Virus record (IMG/VR): IMGVR_UViG_3300023184_000026
Location: 1-64,000 of that record
Length of the DNA: 64,000 nucleotides
Strand: one strand, 5' to 3'
The position numbers were made by a program, and so were the translations under genes. The notes beneath the pieces were generated by a model. That model made no database searches and had not been told where the DNA came from. It saw nothing but the letters and a program-made list of their open reading frames with translations. Below, one piece after another: positions 47,501 to 56,367 of this stretch. The stretch's first letter is position 1; each line of letters opens with the position of its first letter.

Positions 47501-48475
47501 ATGACTATTTTCGACGAACAAATTGCACGCAAACCGAATCGCTATCCTTGGGCACAAGAATATATAGACGCAATGTGGGCAGGACATTGGACTCCAAATG
47601 AGTTCACATTTACATCTGACTTGCAACAATACAAGACTGAGATGACTCTACAAGAACAACTCATTATCAAGAACACATTGAGTGCTATTGGTCAAATTGA
47701 AATTTCTGTAAAGAAGTTTTGGACAAAGTTGGGTGACACACTTCCACATCCAGCATTATCTGATTTGGGTATTACTATGGGAAACATTGAAGTTATTCAC
47801 AACAATGCATATGAAAAACTATTGGATGTGCTACAATTGCAAGATATATTTGAAGAAAATCTAAAGTTGGATATTATTCAAGGACGAATCAAGTATTTAC
47901 GCAAGTATCTTGATAAGAACTATGAAAATGATAAAAAACAATTTGTATACTCTCTTATTCTATTCACATTGTATGTAGAGAACGTGTCATTATTTAGTCA
48001 GTTTTATATCATCAATTGGTTTAATCGCTACAAGGGTCTACTCAAAGACACTGCACAACAAGTTGCATATACAGCCAAAGAAGAAACATTGCATGGTCTT
48101 GCTGGCGTTAAGATCGTAAATACAATTCGACAAGAAATGCCGGAATTATTTGACGCCGAATTGGAAGAACGCATTCTGCACGAAGCCAAAGAATCCTACG
48201 ACGCCGAATCTAAAATCATTGATTGGATGATTGGTGACTACAAAGATTCAAGAATCAGTGCAGATATTCTCAAAGGATATGTACAAAAGAGATTAAATGA
48301 TTCACTAGAAATGATTGGATTCAAAAAGATTTTTAATGTGTCTCAAGAAATTATTGATTTGACTATGTGGATGGATGAAGATGTAATGGGCAATACTATG
48401 ACTGATTTTTTTCACAAGCGTCCTGTAGAGTACTCCAAGAAAACACAGTCTATCACATTCGACGATCTATTTTAA
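47501..48475 (+). CDS. nrdB: Ribonucleotide reductase class I beta subunit
   Basis: W..HWTPNEF; iron ligands in QIE, E..H, ENVSLFSQF, EE.LH; FF.KRPVEY. Confidence 0.9.
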   Translation: MTIFDEQIARKPNRYPWAQEYIDAMWAGHWTPNEFTFTSDLQQYKTEMTLQEQLIIKNTLSAIGQIEISVKKFWTKLGDTLPHPALSDLGITMGNIEVIHNNAYEKLLDVLQLQDIFEENLKLDIIQGRIKYLRKYLDKNYENDKKQFVYSLILFTLYVENVSLFSQFYIINWFNRYKGLLKDTAQQVAYTAKEETLHGLAGVKIVNTIRQEMPELFDAELEERILHEAKESYDAESKIIDWMIGDYKDSRISADILKGYVQKRLNDSLEMIGFKKIFNVSQEIIDLTMWMDEDVMGNTMTDFFHKRPVEYSKKTQSITFDDLF

Positions 48476-48480
48476 TATAT

Positions 48481-50130
48481 ATGAGCAAAGACATTTATTG
48501 GCTAAACAAAGACAGCGTAACATTTCTTGAAAGAGGATATCTACCCAAGGGTCAAACACCCGAAGAACGAATTATTGAAATATCAAAGGCTGCTGAAAAA
48601 ATTCTAAAGAAAAAAGGATTTGCTGAAAAGTTTGAGTCTTATATGCACAAGGGATGGTATAGTTTATCATCGCCAGTGTGGGCAAATTTTGGCAATGGGC
48701 GAGGATTGTCTATTTCATGCAATGGGTCGTATGTGTCTGACACAATGAATTCTATTCTAGAAAAGACTGCTGAAGTAGGTATGCTCACAAAGTATGGTGC
48801 TGGAACGTCTGGATATTTTGGAGAACTGCGAGCCAGAGGCACACCAATCAGCGTTGGTGGGTCCAGTTCTGGTCCTGTTCATTTTATGGAAATGTTTGAC
48901 AGCGTGACCAGAGTTGTTTCACAATCAAATGTTCGTAGAGGTTCATTTGCTGCATATTTGCCAATTGACCACCCAGATATTATGGAATTTCTCGGTATCC
49001 GTGAAGAAGGTCATGCTATTCAAGATTTGAGTATTGGTGTTTGTGTCAATAACAAGTTCATGAAGAAGATGATTGATGGAGACAAAGACGCTCGATCAAT
49101 TTGGGCAAAAGTGCTCAAAAAGCGTTTTGAAAGTGGTTATCCATATATCTTTTTCAGCGACAATGTAAACAATAACGCTCCTCAAGTATACAAAGATAAA
49201 AAGATGAAGATTTATGCTTCTAATCTTTGTAGCGAAATTTGTTTGAGTTCGTCGGCAGATGAAACATTTGTTTGCAATTTATCATCTATGAACTTGCTTC
49301 ATTATGATGATTGGAAAACAACAGACGCCGTTGAAACATTGACATACTTTCTTGATGCTGTGATGGAAGATTATATTCATGCAACTGAAAATATTCCGTT
49401 TCTCAAGGCTGCTCATAACTTTGCCAAAAATCAAAGAGCACTTGGTATTGGAGTTCTTGGTTGGCATTCATATCTGCAAAGCAAAATGATTGCGTTTGAA
49501 AGTTTAGAAGCCAAACTACTCAATACTCAAATCCATCGTGTTATTCGCGACAAGAGTATTGCTGCAAGTAAAGAAATGGCAGAAGAATATGGTGAACCAG
49601 CATTGTTGAAGGGGTATGGGTTGAGAAACGTCACCACAATGGCAATCGCACCAACCACAAGCAGTTCATTTATTTTGGGTCAAGTATCTCCTTCTGTTGA
49701 ACCGCTCAACAGCAATTATTATACAAAAGATTTGGCTAAAGGTAAGTTCACTTATCGCAATCCATATCTTGAAAATGTACTAGAAAAACATAGCAAGAAC
49801 ACTCAAGAAGTGTGGAAGAGTATTCTGCACAAGGGTGGTTCTGTGCAGCACCTTGAATTTTTGAGCGATCATGAAAAAGAAGTGTTCAAGACATTTGGTG
49901 AAATCAGTCAAAAGGAAATTGTAATACAGGCTGCTGCTCGTCAAAAGTTTATTGATCAGGGGCAAAGTATAAACTTACAGATTCATCCCAAGACTTCGGT
50001 CAAAGAAGTCAACCAATTGATTATATTCGCTTGGGAACAGGGCATAAAGTGCCTATATTATCAACGCGGCACAAACCCAGCCCAAGAACTTGGACGAAGT
50101 ATCCTTGATTGTAAGAGTTGTGAGGCTTAA
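48481..50130 (+). CDS. nrdA: Ribonucleotide reductase class I alpha subunit (short, no ATP cone)
   Basis: SSPVWAN, ISCN, SNLCSEI, VCNLSS, AIAPT.SSS, DQGQSINL, LYY, C-terminal CKSCE. Confidence 0.95.
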   Translation: MSKDIYWLNKDSVTFLERGYLPKGQTPEERIIEISKAAEKILKKKGFAEKFESYMHKGWYSLSSPVWANFGNGRGLSISCNGSYVSDTMNSILEKTAEVGMLTKYGAGTSGYFGELRARGTPISVGGSSSGPVHFMEMFDSVTRVVSQSNVRRGSFAAYLPIDHPDIMEFLGIREEGHAIQDLSIGVCVNNKFMKKMIDGDKDARSIWAKVLKKRFESGYPYIFFSDNVNNNAPQVYKDKKMKIYASNLCSEICLSSSADETFVCNLSSMNLLHYDDWKTTDAVETLTYFLDAVMEDYIHATENIPFLKAAHNFAKNQRALGIGVLGWHSYLQSKMIAFESLEAKLLNTQIHRVIRDKSIAASKEMAEEYGEPALLKGYGLRNVTTMAIAPTTSSSFILGQVSPSVEPLNSNYYTKDLAKGKFTYRNPYLENVLEKHSKNTQEVWKSILHKGGSVQHLEFLSDHEKEVFKTFGEISQKEIVIQAAARQKFIDQGQSINLQIHPKTSVKEVNQLIIFAWEQGIKCLYYQRGTNPAQELGRSILDCKSCEA

Positions 50131-50148
50131 ATATTATAAAAACAACAC

Positions 50149-50177
50149 AAACCGCCAATAACATGGCGGTTTTTTTG
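50149..50177 (+). terminator. Intrinsic terminator
   Basis: AAACCGCCA-ataaca-TGGCGGTTT followed by a T run. Confidence 0.85.
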
Positions 50178-50216
50178 TGCACCTAACTATTTATATACTA
50201 AACGCATATATACACT

Positions 50217-50927
50217 ATGAACAACAGAGATCTTATCAAAAAAGCCATCAAGAAATTAGTATTACAAGAAATTGCCAACAATCAATTTGGCACACCAATT
50301 CAATATGACAAAAAAGATATAGTGGGCATAGACGCATTGAATAAATCACTGGGTAAAGAATCAACAGTTATGCAAATTCGTGGTACAGGCAAAACGATGG
50401 GAGCAACAAAAAATCAAGAAGTTCAATTGAATAAAAATTGCGATGCTTGTTATGATGTTGTATCAGTTACCAATGAATCTGAACGCAAGATTGCTCGTGG
50501 CGTATCGCTTGAAGCTGCTATGGAACTTGTAAAGAAACATGCCGGTGATTCTGAAAAGACATATGTTCAAAAAGCATATGACAAAAGTCTAAAAGGATTT
50601 GGACTGAAGACAGCCGAAAGAGATGCAGACATGAAGTTGGAAGATACTATGGATGATGCTGATGAAGAATTGCAGATTGATATTGCAGATGACAATACTG
50701 AAAAAGCAGATGTTAAAGCAGACAAAGAAAATGGTCCAATCAACAAAGATGTATCTGCATCAATGGGTGGAGAAATGGTAGATAAGATTGAAAAGATTAT
50801 TGATCGTATCTTAAAGAACAAAGCTGATGCGAAAACAGCTCACTTAAAAACTGATAAAGACATGGAAAGTTCAGACAAACTGACCACAAAGCTAAAAGAT
50901 ACTCCTGCTCTCAAAGAAAAGAAATAA
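50217..50927 (+). CDS. Hypothetical protein with LIKKAIKKLVLQEI leader
   Basis: 236-aa ORF, acidic C-terminal half. Confidence 0.6.
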   Translation: MNNRDLIKKAIKKLVLQEIANNQFGTPIQYDKKDIVGIDALNKSLGKESTVMQIRGTGKTMGATKNQEVQLNKNCDACYDVVSVTNESERKIARGVSLEAAMELVKKHAGDSEKTYVQKAYDKSLKGFGLKTAERDADMKLEDTMDDADEELQIDIADDNTEKADVKADKENGPINKDVSASMGGEMVDKIEKIIDRILKNKADAKTAHLKTDKDMESSDKLTTKLKDTPALKEKK

Positions 50928-50930
50928 TCT

Positions 50931-52307
50931 ATGTACGATAAGATTGAACAAGAACTCACCGAACTTGATGAAAATCTTCATAAATGGTTCAAAGAGAAAT
51001 GGGTAAGATTTGGACCTGATGGCAAGATCCGAGGCGATTGTGCCAGAGAAAAGTCAAGCGAAGGCAAGCCAAAATGCCGTCCATTAAAATCTGCACAAGG
51101 TATGGGTAAAAAAGCCAGAGCAACTGCTGCACGCAGAAAACGCCGTGAAGATCCAAACCCAGACCGTAAAGGTAAAGCAAAGAATGTAAAAACCGAAGAA
51201 ATCACCCCGAAAAATTTTGACAATTTAAATTATATTGGCAACTGCAAGGACGATGATGTGATTGAGCATATTTTTGGTGATGCCACTAATTTTGCCCAAG
51301 CAGTGGAAAAATATGGAAATGAATTTACAGTCAAGGATTTGGTGGTAAAGTATGATCCAGAAGCAGATATTCATAGTTTCTATTACAAGAATAATGAAAT
51401 GAACGAGCACAAATGCCCAATCTGCGGAGGTGAACTTGTATCAGAAGCACTAATGAACGAAAAGAAAGATGCTTGTTATTATAAGGTCAAATCACGCTAC
51501 AAAGTGTGGCCAAGTGCATATGCATCTGGTGCGCTCGTAAAGTGTCGTAAGAAAGGTGCCAAAAACTGGGGTAATAAATCAGAAGGATTTGAAAAAGTTG
51601 ATGAAGCATGTTGGAAAGGCTATCACAAAGATGGTATGAAAACTATGTTTGGTAAAAAATATCCAAACTGCGTTAAAAACGAAGCCGAACAACAACAAGA
51701 AGAACTAGAGGAAAAATGGAGCGAAAAATACAAGAGTAGTATAGATTGCAGTCATCCAAAAGGATTTAGTCAAAAAGCACATTGCCAAGGTCGCAAAAAA
51801 ACTAATGAATCTATTATGAAAAAAGAACAACTAAAAAACCTGATAAGAGAAATGATAGAAGAAATGTATAATGAACAATCCAAGATGCAAGATGAATGCT
51901 TGGAATGTTATGAATCTGCAATGCAAGAAGGAACAAACGAAATTTGGGAAGATTGTTATCGCAAAACTAATTTAGATATGATTCCAGAAGGTGATGAACA
52001 TACATGCGAAGGTGATGAATTTTATGAAATATATGGAGATATGAAATACGACCCGGAAAAAATAGAAGAAGCAGAATATCATGGTCGTAAAGTTAAACTT
52101 GGTGTTCCTATGAAGGGTGATGTAAAAAAATCAAAAGTTTATGTCAAGAACCCAAAAGGTAATGTTGTAAAAGTTAATTTTGGTGATCCAAACATGCGTA
52201 TAAAAAAGAGCAATCCAAAGCGTAGAAAGAGTTTTAGAGCAAGACATAATTGTTCTACGGCAAAAGATAGAACATCGGCAAGATATTGGAGTTGCAGAGC
52301 ATGGTAA
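50931..52307 (+). CDS. Mosaic protein of small basic Cys-containing modules; C-terminal DUF6321-like module
   Basis: Modules CYYKVKSRYKVWPSAYAS, CWKGY...NCVK, KWSEKYK.SIDC..PKGFSQKAHC, VNFGDPNM.IK.SNP.RRKSFRARHNC. Confidence 0.65.
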   Translation: MYDKIEQELTELDENLHKWFKEKWVRFGPDGKIRGDCAREKSSEGKPKCRPLKSAQGMGKKARATAARRKRREDPNPDRKGKAKNVKTEEITPKNFDNLNYIGNCKDDDVIEHIFGDATNFAQAVEKYGNEFTVKDLVVKYDPEADIHSFYYKNNEMNEHKCPICGGELVSEALMNEKKDACYYKVKSRYKVWPSAYASGALVKCRKKGAKNWGNKSEGFEKVDEACWKGYHKDGMKTMFGKKYPNCVKNEAEQQQEELEEKWSEKYKSSIDCSHPKGFSQKAHCQGRKKTNESIMKKEQLKNLIREMIEEMYNEQSKMQDECLECYESAMQEGTNEIWEDCYRKTNLDMIPEGDEHTCEGDEFYEIYGDMKYDPEKIEEAEYHGRKVKLGVPMKGDVKKSKVYVKNPKGNVVKVNFGDPNMRIKKSNPKRRKSFRARHNCSTAKDRTSARYWSCRAW

Positions 52308-52340
52308 AAATTTAAATAACATTTGTTTATACCCAAAAAT

Positions 52341-52367
52341 CCCCACCATATAAAAGTGGGGTTTTTT
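52341..52367 (+). terminator. Intrinsic terminator
   Basis: CCCCAC...GTGGGG followed by TTTTTT. Confidence 0.7.
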
Positions 52368-52379
52368 ATGATATGGTAC

Positions 52380-52407
52380 TTGACTTTCTATAAAATGTGT
52401 GCATAGT
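52380..52407 (+). promoter_or_regulatory. Possible sigma70-type promoter of the AAA locus
   Basis: TTGACT-N16-CATAGT; same pattern as 56317. Confidence 0.4.
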
Positions 52408-52414
52408 TATGCAC

Positions 52415-52714
52415 ATGAGTAAAACAAAGAAATATTCAATCAACGAAGTCAAAGACATCATTGATACTTGCTATTCACTCAAGCCCGAAAAGCTATTTAT
52501 GGGCGAATTGAAATGGAAGTATCTTGTACGCAGTGCTTTGCGTGGCAAAAATATTCTGTTGCTTGGACCGGCTGGTCAAGGCAAAACATTGGCAGTTCAA
52601 TGCTTGGTTGATGCGATGGAGGAAGTTATTGAGGAAGAAGTTACGGAAGAACAACTGAATGTGTTTAAAACCGAACCGTCCGTGGTTATTGTAAAAATAG
52701 AAGAAATCAAATGA
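52415..52714 (+). CDS. MoxR-like AAA+ ATPase N-fragment with a 31-aa acidic appendage
   Basis: KNILLLGPAGQGKT (Walker A), then LAVQCLVDAM, then EEVIEEEVTEEQLNVFKTEPSVVIVKIEEIK and a stop. Confidence 0.85.
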   Translation: MSKTKKYSINEVKDIIDTCYSLKPEKLFMGELKWKYLVRSALRGKNILLLGPAGQGKTLAVQCLVDAMEEVIEEEVTEEQLNVFKTEPSVVIVKIEEIK

Positions 52715-53456
52715 TCTCTAATTTGAAATTGGATCTGTTATTATGTAACAGTTTATATCTGGTCAATTCTGGATACATAGACAACAAAAATTCATCAACC
52801 CTTTTTGTTCCAACCAATATAATCGTCTCTCCGAACACATTCGTAAATTTATACCGGTTGGCATCTTTTCTTGGGGTAGCCAATTTTATTCCTTGATGAG
52901 ATTCACTCAATCTTTTTTTCATTTTCATGTCCCATAAAATTCCGCGTCTAGATGGCATTATGATTTCTCCCAATTTCAATTTACTTTTCAGCGTGTCAGA
53001 TAGTTTTTTTACTCTAATATCTGTGTCTTTTGTTTTTCCCTTATTCCAGACGGTTGGCCTGTTTCTCAACTTTTTTATTATATTTTCTTTATTTGGATTA
53101 TTGTTATATGTGTCTCCACCTTCTCCACCGATAGTTATATTATAAAGAGGACCATCGTTGGAAATTTTTCTACCTATGACACGTATCAACTCAATTTCCA
53201 ATCTTGATGACTCATCCTTTGTTAAATTTTCATATAATACTTTTACTATTGGGGTGTTCTTACTATCAATAAGTTGTTTTATTTTTGCTCTTATGCAGGT
53301 CCGCGTATCACCCCGTCTCGCTTTTATAAAATGACTATTCCATCTATTATAATTACCCTTTCCTATATAAATTGGCGTTGCTGAAAATTCATGTTCTCCA
53401 TATTTTATATTACAGGGGATTGTTATATCTAATATCACATACACATATTTATTCAT
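52707..53456 (-). mobile_element. Free-standing GIY-YIG-type homing endonuclease gene, antisense, splitting the AAA gene
   Basis: YVYVI...IYIGKG...R.NSH...E..LIR.IGR....GPLYNIT.GGEG; NUMOD3-like VWNKGKT and KRLSESH. ATG at 53456. Confidence 0.8.
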
Positions 53457-53517
53457 TTTAGTTCCCAAGTTGATGTAAAAATAAATATAAAACGATTATA
53501 CCAAAACATTAAATTTT

Positions 53518-54285
53518 ATGAAAAAATACAAGATAAAATATAAAAAAAGAAGACCTTTTTGTCCAATAAATTTGGGGAGTTCTCAGGACGCCCGCGCAAT
53601 TTTAATTGGAAACACTCAGTTCTCCAAAGAGACGGGAACATTTTTTCAGGAGTCTCCATTTGTGAAAGCCATTTTAACTCCAAATTCGATCATCATGCTT
53701 GACGAGTTAAGCCGTGCAAATCCAGACGCCGTGAATATATTGATGCCCGTCCTTGATAACCAGAGATACTTGAGATTGGATGAGTGGGGCGGGAAGATCG
53801 TAAAGGTAGCAGAAGGCGTCTGTTTCATTGCCACGGCAAATATTGGCAATGATTATACCGCTACACGAGTCATGGACAAAGCTTTGACCGATCGTTTCAC
53901 GGTTAAGATTGAAGTTGATATTCTTTCTTCTGAAGAAGAACTGAAGTTGATAAAGGTGGTTTGTCCTGATGCCGATATTCATCTCATGGACAAGATTGCA
54001 CAAATTGCTGCTACAACTCGTGAGTTTACAAAGCAAGGAAAGTTGAGTCGTTTTGTTTCTACTCGTTCTGTTGTAGAAATGGCCGAACTTACCGTGGATG
54101 GATTTAGCTTGGTAGAGTTGGCTGAAATGGTCATTTACCCCGACTATCCAGACGATGGTGGTTTGGACAGTGAACGCACAATGGTCAAACAAGTTGTACA
54201 AAAACATGTTGCGGTCAAAGCCGATCCATTGAACAAAGTGTTCAACACAAACAAACAGAATAAAGACGATTTGCCCCCGTTTTGA
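53518..54285 (+). CDS. MoxR-like AAA+ ATPase C-fragment with an 11-aa basic head
   Basis: MKKYKIKYKKR, then RPFCPINLGSSQD.RA.LIGN; Walker B IIMLDELSRA; ATANIG; MDKALTDRF. Confidence 0.85.
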   Translation: MKKYKIKYKKRRPFCPINLGSSQDARAILIGNTQFSKETGTFFQESPFVKAILTPNSIIMLDELSRANPDAVNILMPVLDNQRYLRLDEWGGKIVKVAEGVCFIATANIGNDYTATRVMDKALTDRFTVKIEVDILSSEEELKLIKVVCPDADIHLMDKIAQIAATTREFTKQGKLSRFVSTRSVVEMAELTVDGFSLVELAEMVIYPDYPDDGGLDSERTMVKQVVQKHVAVKADPLNKVFNTNKQNKDDLPPF

Positions 54286-56297
54286 TGAAAACAAAAATTT
54301 TAGCAGATCATTCCAAGTTTTGGCTTGGCGACGATTTCAATACTCAAAAGTTTGATGCCAGTTCCACAATGGCGTTGCTGAAACTTTCGGCATATCGCCG
54401 TGCTATTGGCAACTTTGTATATATTCTTACTGGAAAGAACATTCCTGTTCGTTTCGCCGAGAACTCAACATCCATGACTGATGGTAAAGTTATTTACATT
54501 GGTGGTGAATTGACCAAGGGTGAATTTGATCCAACGGTTGGATTGTCGTTGCACGAAGCCATGCATATTGTCAAAAGCGACTTTGACTTGATCAAGACCA
54601 TGTGGGGAAAAATTCCTCGCAGTTTGACTGCTGCTGCAAAAGGTCATTTTGATCAAAACTATATTAGTGAATTGGCGAAATATATTCTCAATGTAGTTGA
54701 AGATAGATATATTGATGCATGTGCATATGAAAGTGCACCGGGCTATCGTGGATATTATCAAGCATTATATGACCGTTATTTCAATCTGCCCGAAATTGGT
54801 GAAGCATTGAAGTCCGATGCTTATAGAAATGCTACTGTCAAAAACTATAAGTTTCGTTTCACCAATATCACCAATGTTAATACCGACTTGGATGCCTTAC
54901 CAGCTTTGCGTAAGATTGGTGAACTATTGGATTTAAATAATATTCTGAGGACTGAACTTGAGAATCCAAAGAACCGCTTAGAACTTGCGTATGAAATCAC
55001 AGAAGAAATACTCAAGAGTGTTGTAGAAGAAACAGAAAATCCCAAGCAACAAGACAAAAATAAAGACAATCAAGATAAGCAATCTGGCGGTGATGAACCA
55101 TCCGATGATAAATCAGAACAGTCAGATTCCAACGATGATGTTGATGATGTATTGGGAGGTACGCCTTCTTCTGCCAATCCTATTCAAGACGATGCTGATG
55201 AAACACCGGATGAAAATCCGTCTAAAGATTTGTCCAACGCCGAAAAGAAAAAGGTCGATAAACTCATTGAGAAACAAGAACAAATTGTTACACGCGAAGT
55301 CAAGCAATCTGCATTTGATAAAGATACAATCAAAAAACTTCAAATCCTTGAACAAAGCTCCGTTGATATTGTACAGGTGGGAGATGAAACTGTTCCAAAG
55401 GTTGATTGTATTGTGGTAAAAAACATGACTCGTGAACTCATGATGACATCGGAATTTCCTTACACCAGCAAGTTTTCTCGCGAAACTGGAAATCCCGCTT
55501 CTACGCGAGGAGTACAGCAGGGAATTATTATCGGAACCATGCTTGGTAGAAAATTGCAAATTCGCAGTGAAGTAAAAACCACAAAATTTACTCGCCTACA
55601 AAAAGGTAAGATTGATAAACGTTTGTTGGCATCTATTGGATTTCAAGGAGAAAATTTGTTTTACCAAACCACCACAGACAAATATAAGAATGCTCATTTG
55701 CATGTAACTGTGGATGCTTCTTCTTCAATGGAAACAAAGTGGGAAAAAACAATGACAACACTTGTTGCAATTGCGAAGGCTGTTAGTATGATCAGTAATG
55801 TAAATTTGAGTATTTCATTTAGAAGTGGAGTTTCTAAAGATCGTGGTGGATATGAAACTCCTTATATTGTTTTGGCATATGATTCGCGTAAAGACAAGTT
55901 CAATAAGATTGTTCAATTATTTCCATTGTTATTTCCACATGGTTCTACTCCAGAAGGACTTGCATTTCAGGCAATTATCAAGCATATTCCTGCTTCTACA
56001 CATGAAATGGATAGTTATTTTGTAAATCTGTCTGATGGCGAACCTGCATTTGGTGTGAGTTATTATGGAAACGTCGCAGCAGAACACACAAAGAAGCAAA
56101 TAAATAAAATTCGTGAAATTGGCGTATCTGTTTTGAGCTATTTTGTTGAATGTAATAATACAAACAGCAAACTTTCTGAGAAAAATTCCAACTTGTTTCG
56201 TACCATGTATGGCAAAGATGCACAATTCGTTGATGTTCAGAATGTTGTGCAGATTGCTCATACATTGAATAAAATGTTTCTTTCTAAAGAAAGTTGA
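54285..56297 (+). CDS. vWA-domain protein with N-terminal HExxH (MoxR partner)
   Basis: LHEAMH; VEDRYID; MIDAS-like VDASSSM, STPEG, NLSDGEP. TGATG coupling to the AAA C-fragment. Confidence 0.8.
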   Translation: MKTKILADHSKFWLGDDFNTQKFDASSTMALLKLSAYRRAIGNFVYILTGKNIPVRFAENSTSMTDGKVIYIGGELTKGEFDPTVGLSLHEAMHIVKSDFDLIKTMWGKIPRSLTAAAKGHFDQNYISELAKYILNVVEDRYIDACAYESAPGYRGYYQALYDRYFNLPEIGEALKSDAYRNATVKNYKFRFTNITNVNTDLDALPALRKIGELLDLNNILRTELENPKNRLELAYEITEEILKSVVEETENPKQQDKNKDNQDKQSGGDEPSDDKSEQSDSNDDVDDVLGGTPSSANPIQDDADETPDENPSKDLSNAEKKKVDKLIEKQEQIVTREVKQSAFDKDTIKKLQILEQSSVDIVQVGDETVPKVDCIVVKNMTRELMMTSEFPYTSKFSRETGNPASTRGVQQGIIIGTMLGRKLQIRSEVKTTKFTRLQKGKIDKRLLASIGFQGENLFYQTTTDKYKNAHLHVTVDASSSMETKWEKTMTTLVAIAKAVSMISNVNLSISFRSGVSKDRGGYETPYIVLAYDSRKDKFNKIVQLFPLLFPHGSTPEGLAFQAIIKHIPASTHEMDSYFVNLSDGEPAFGVSYYGNVAAEHTKKQINKIREIGVSVLSYFVECNNTNSKLSEKNSNLFRTMYGKDAQFVDVQNVVQIAHTLNKMFLSKES

Positions 56298-56316
56298 TAT
56301 TTTTTATCAAAACGTC

Positions 56317-56344
56317 TTGACTTTATATATTATGTCGGCATACT
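56317..56344 (+). promoter_or_regulatory. Possible sigma70-type promoter of rIIA
   Basis: TTGACT-N16-CATACT. Confidence 0.45.
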
Positions 56345-56367
56345 AATAGCATAGTAATAAAAAACAC

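Noticed and set aside
41422-50130. Inteins or introns in recA, nrdA or nrdB
   Set aside because: All three read as continuous, normal-length proteins with motifs in the expected order.
52619-53550. Group I intron interrupting the AAA gene
   Set aside because: The intervening DNA is almost fully occupied by the two appendage-coding segments and the antisense endonuclease ORF, with only ~60 nt non-coding. No ribozyme core was recognisable.
52601-53570. Split intein in the AAA gene starting at CLVDAM
   Set aside because: CLVDAM fits the normal post-Walker-A helix. The C-fragment has no block B, block F or terminal His-Asn before a nucleophile.
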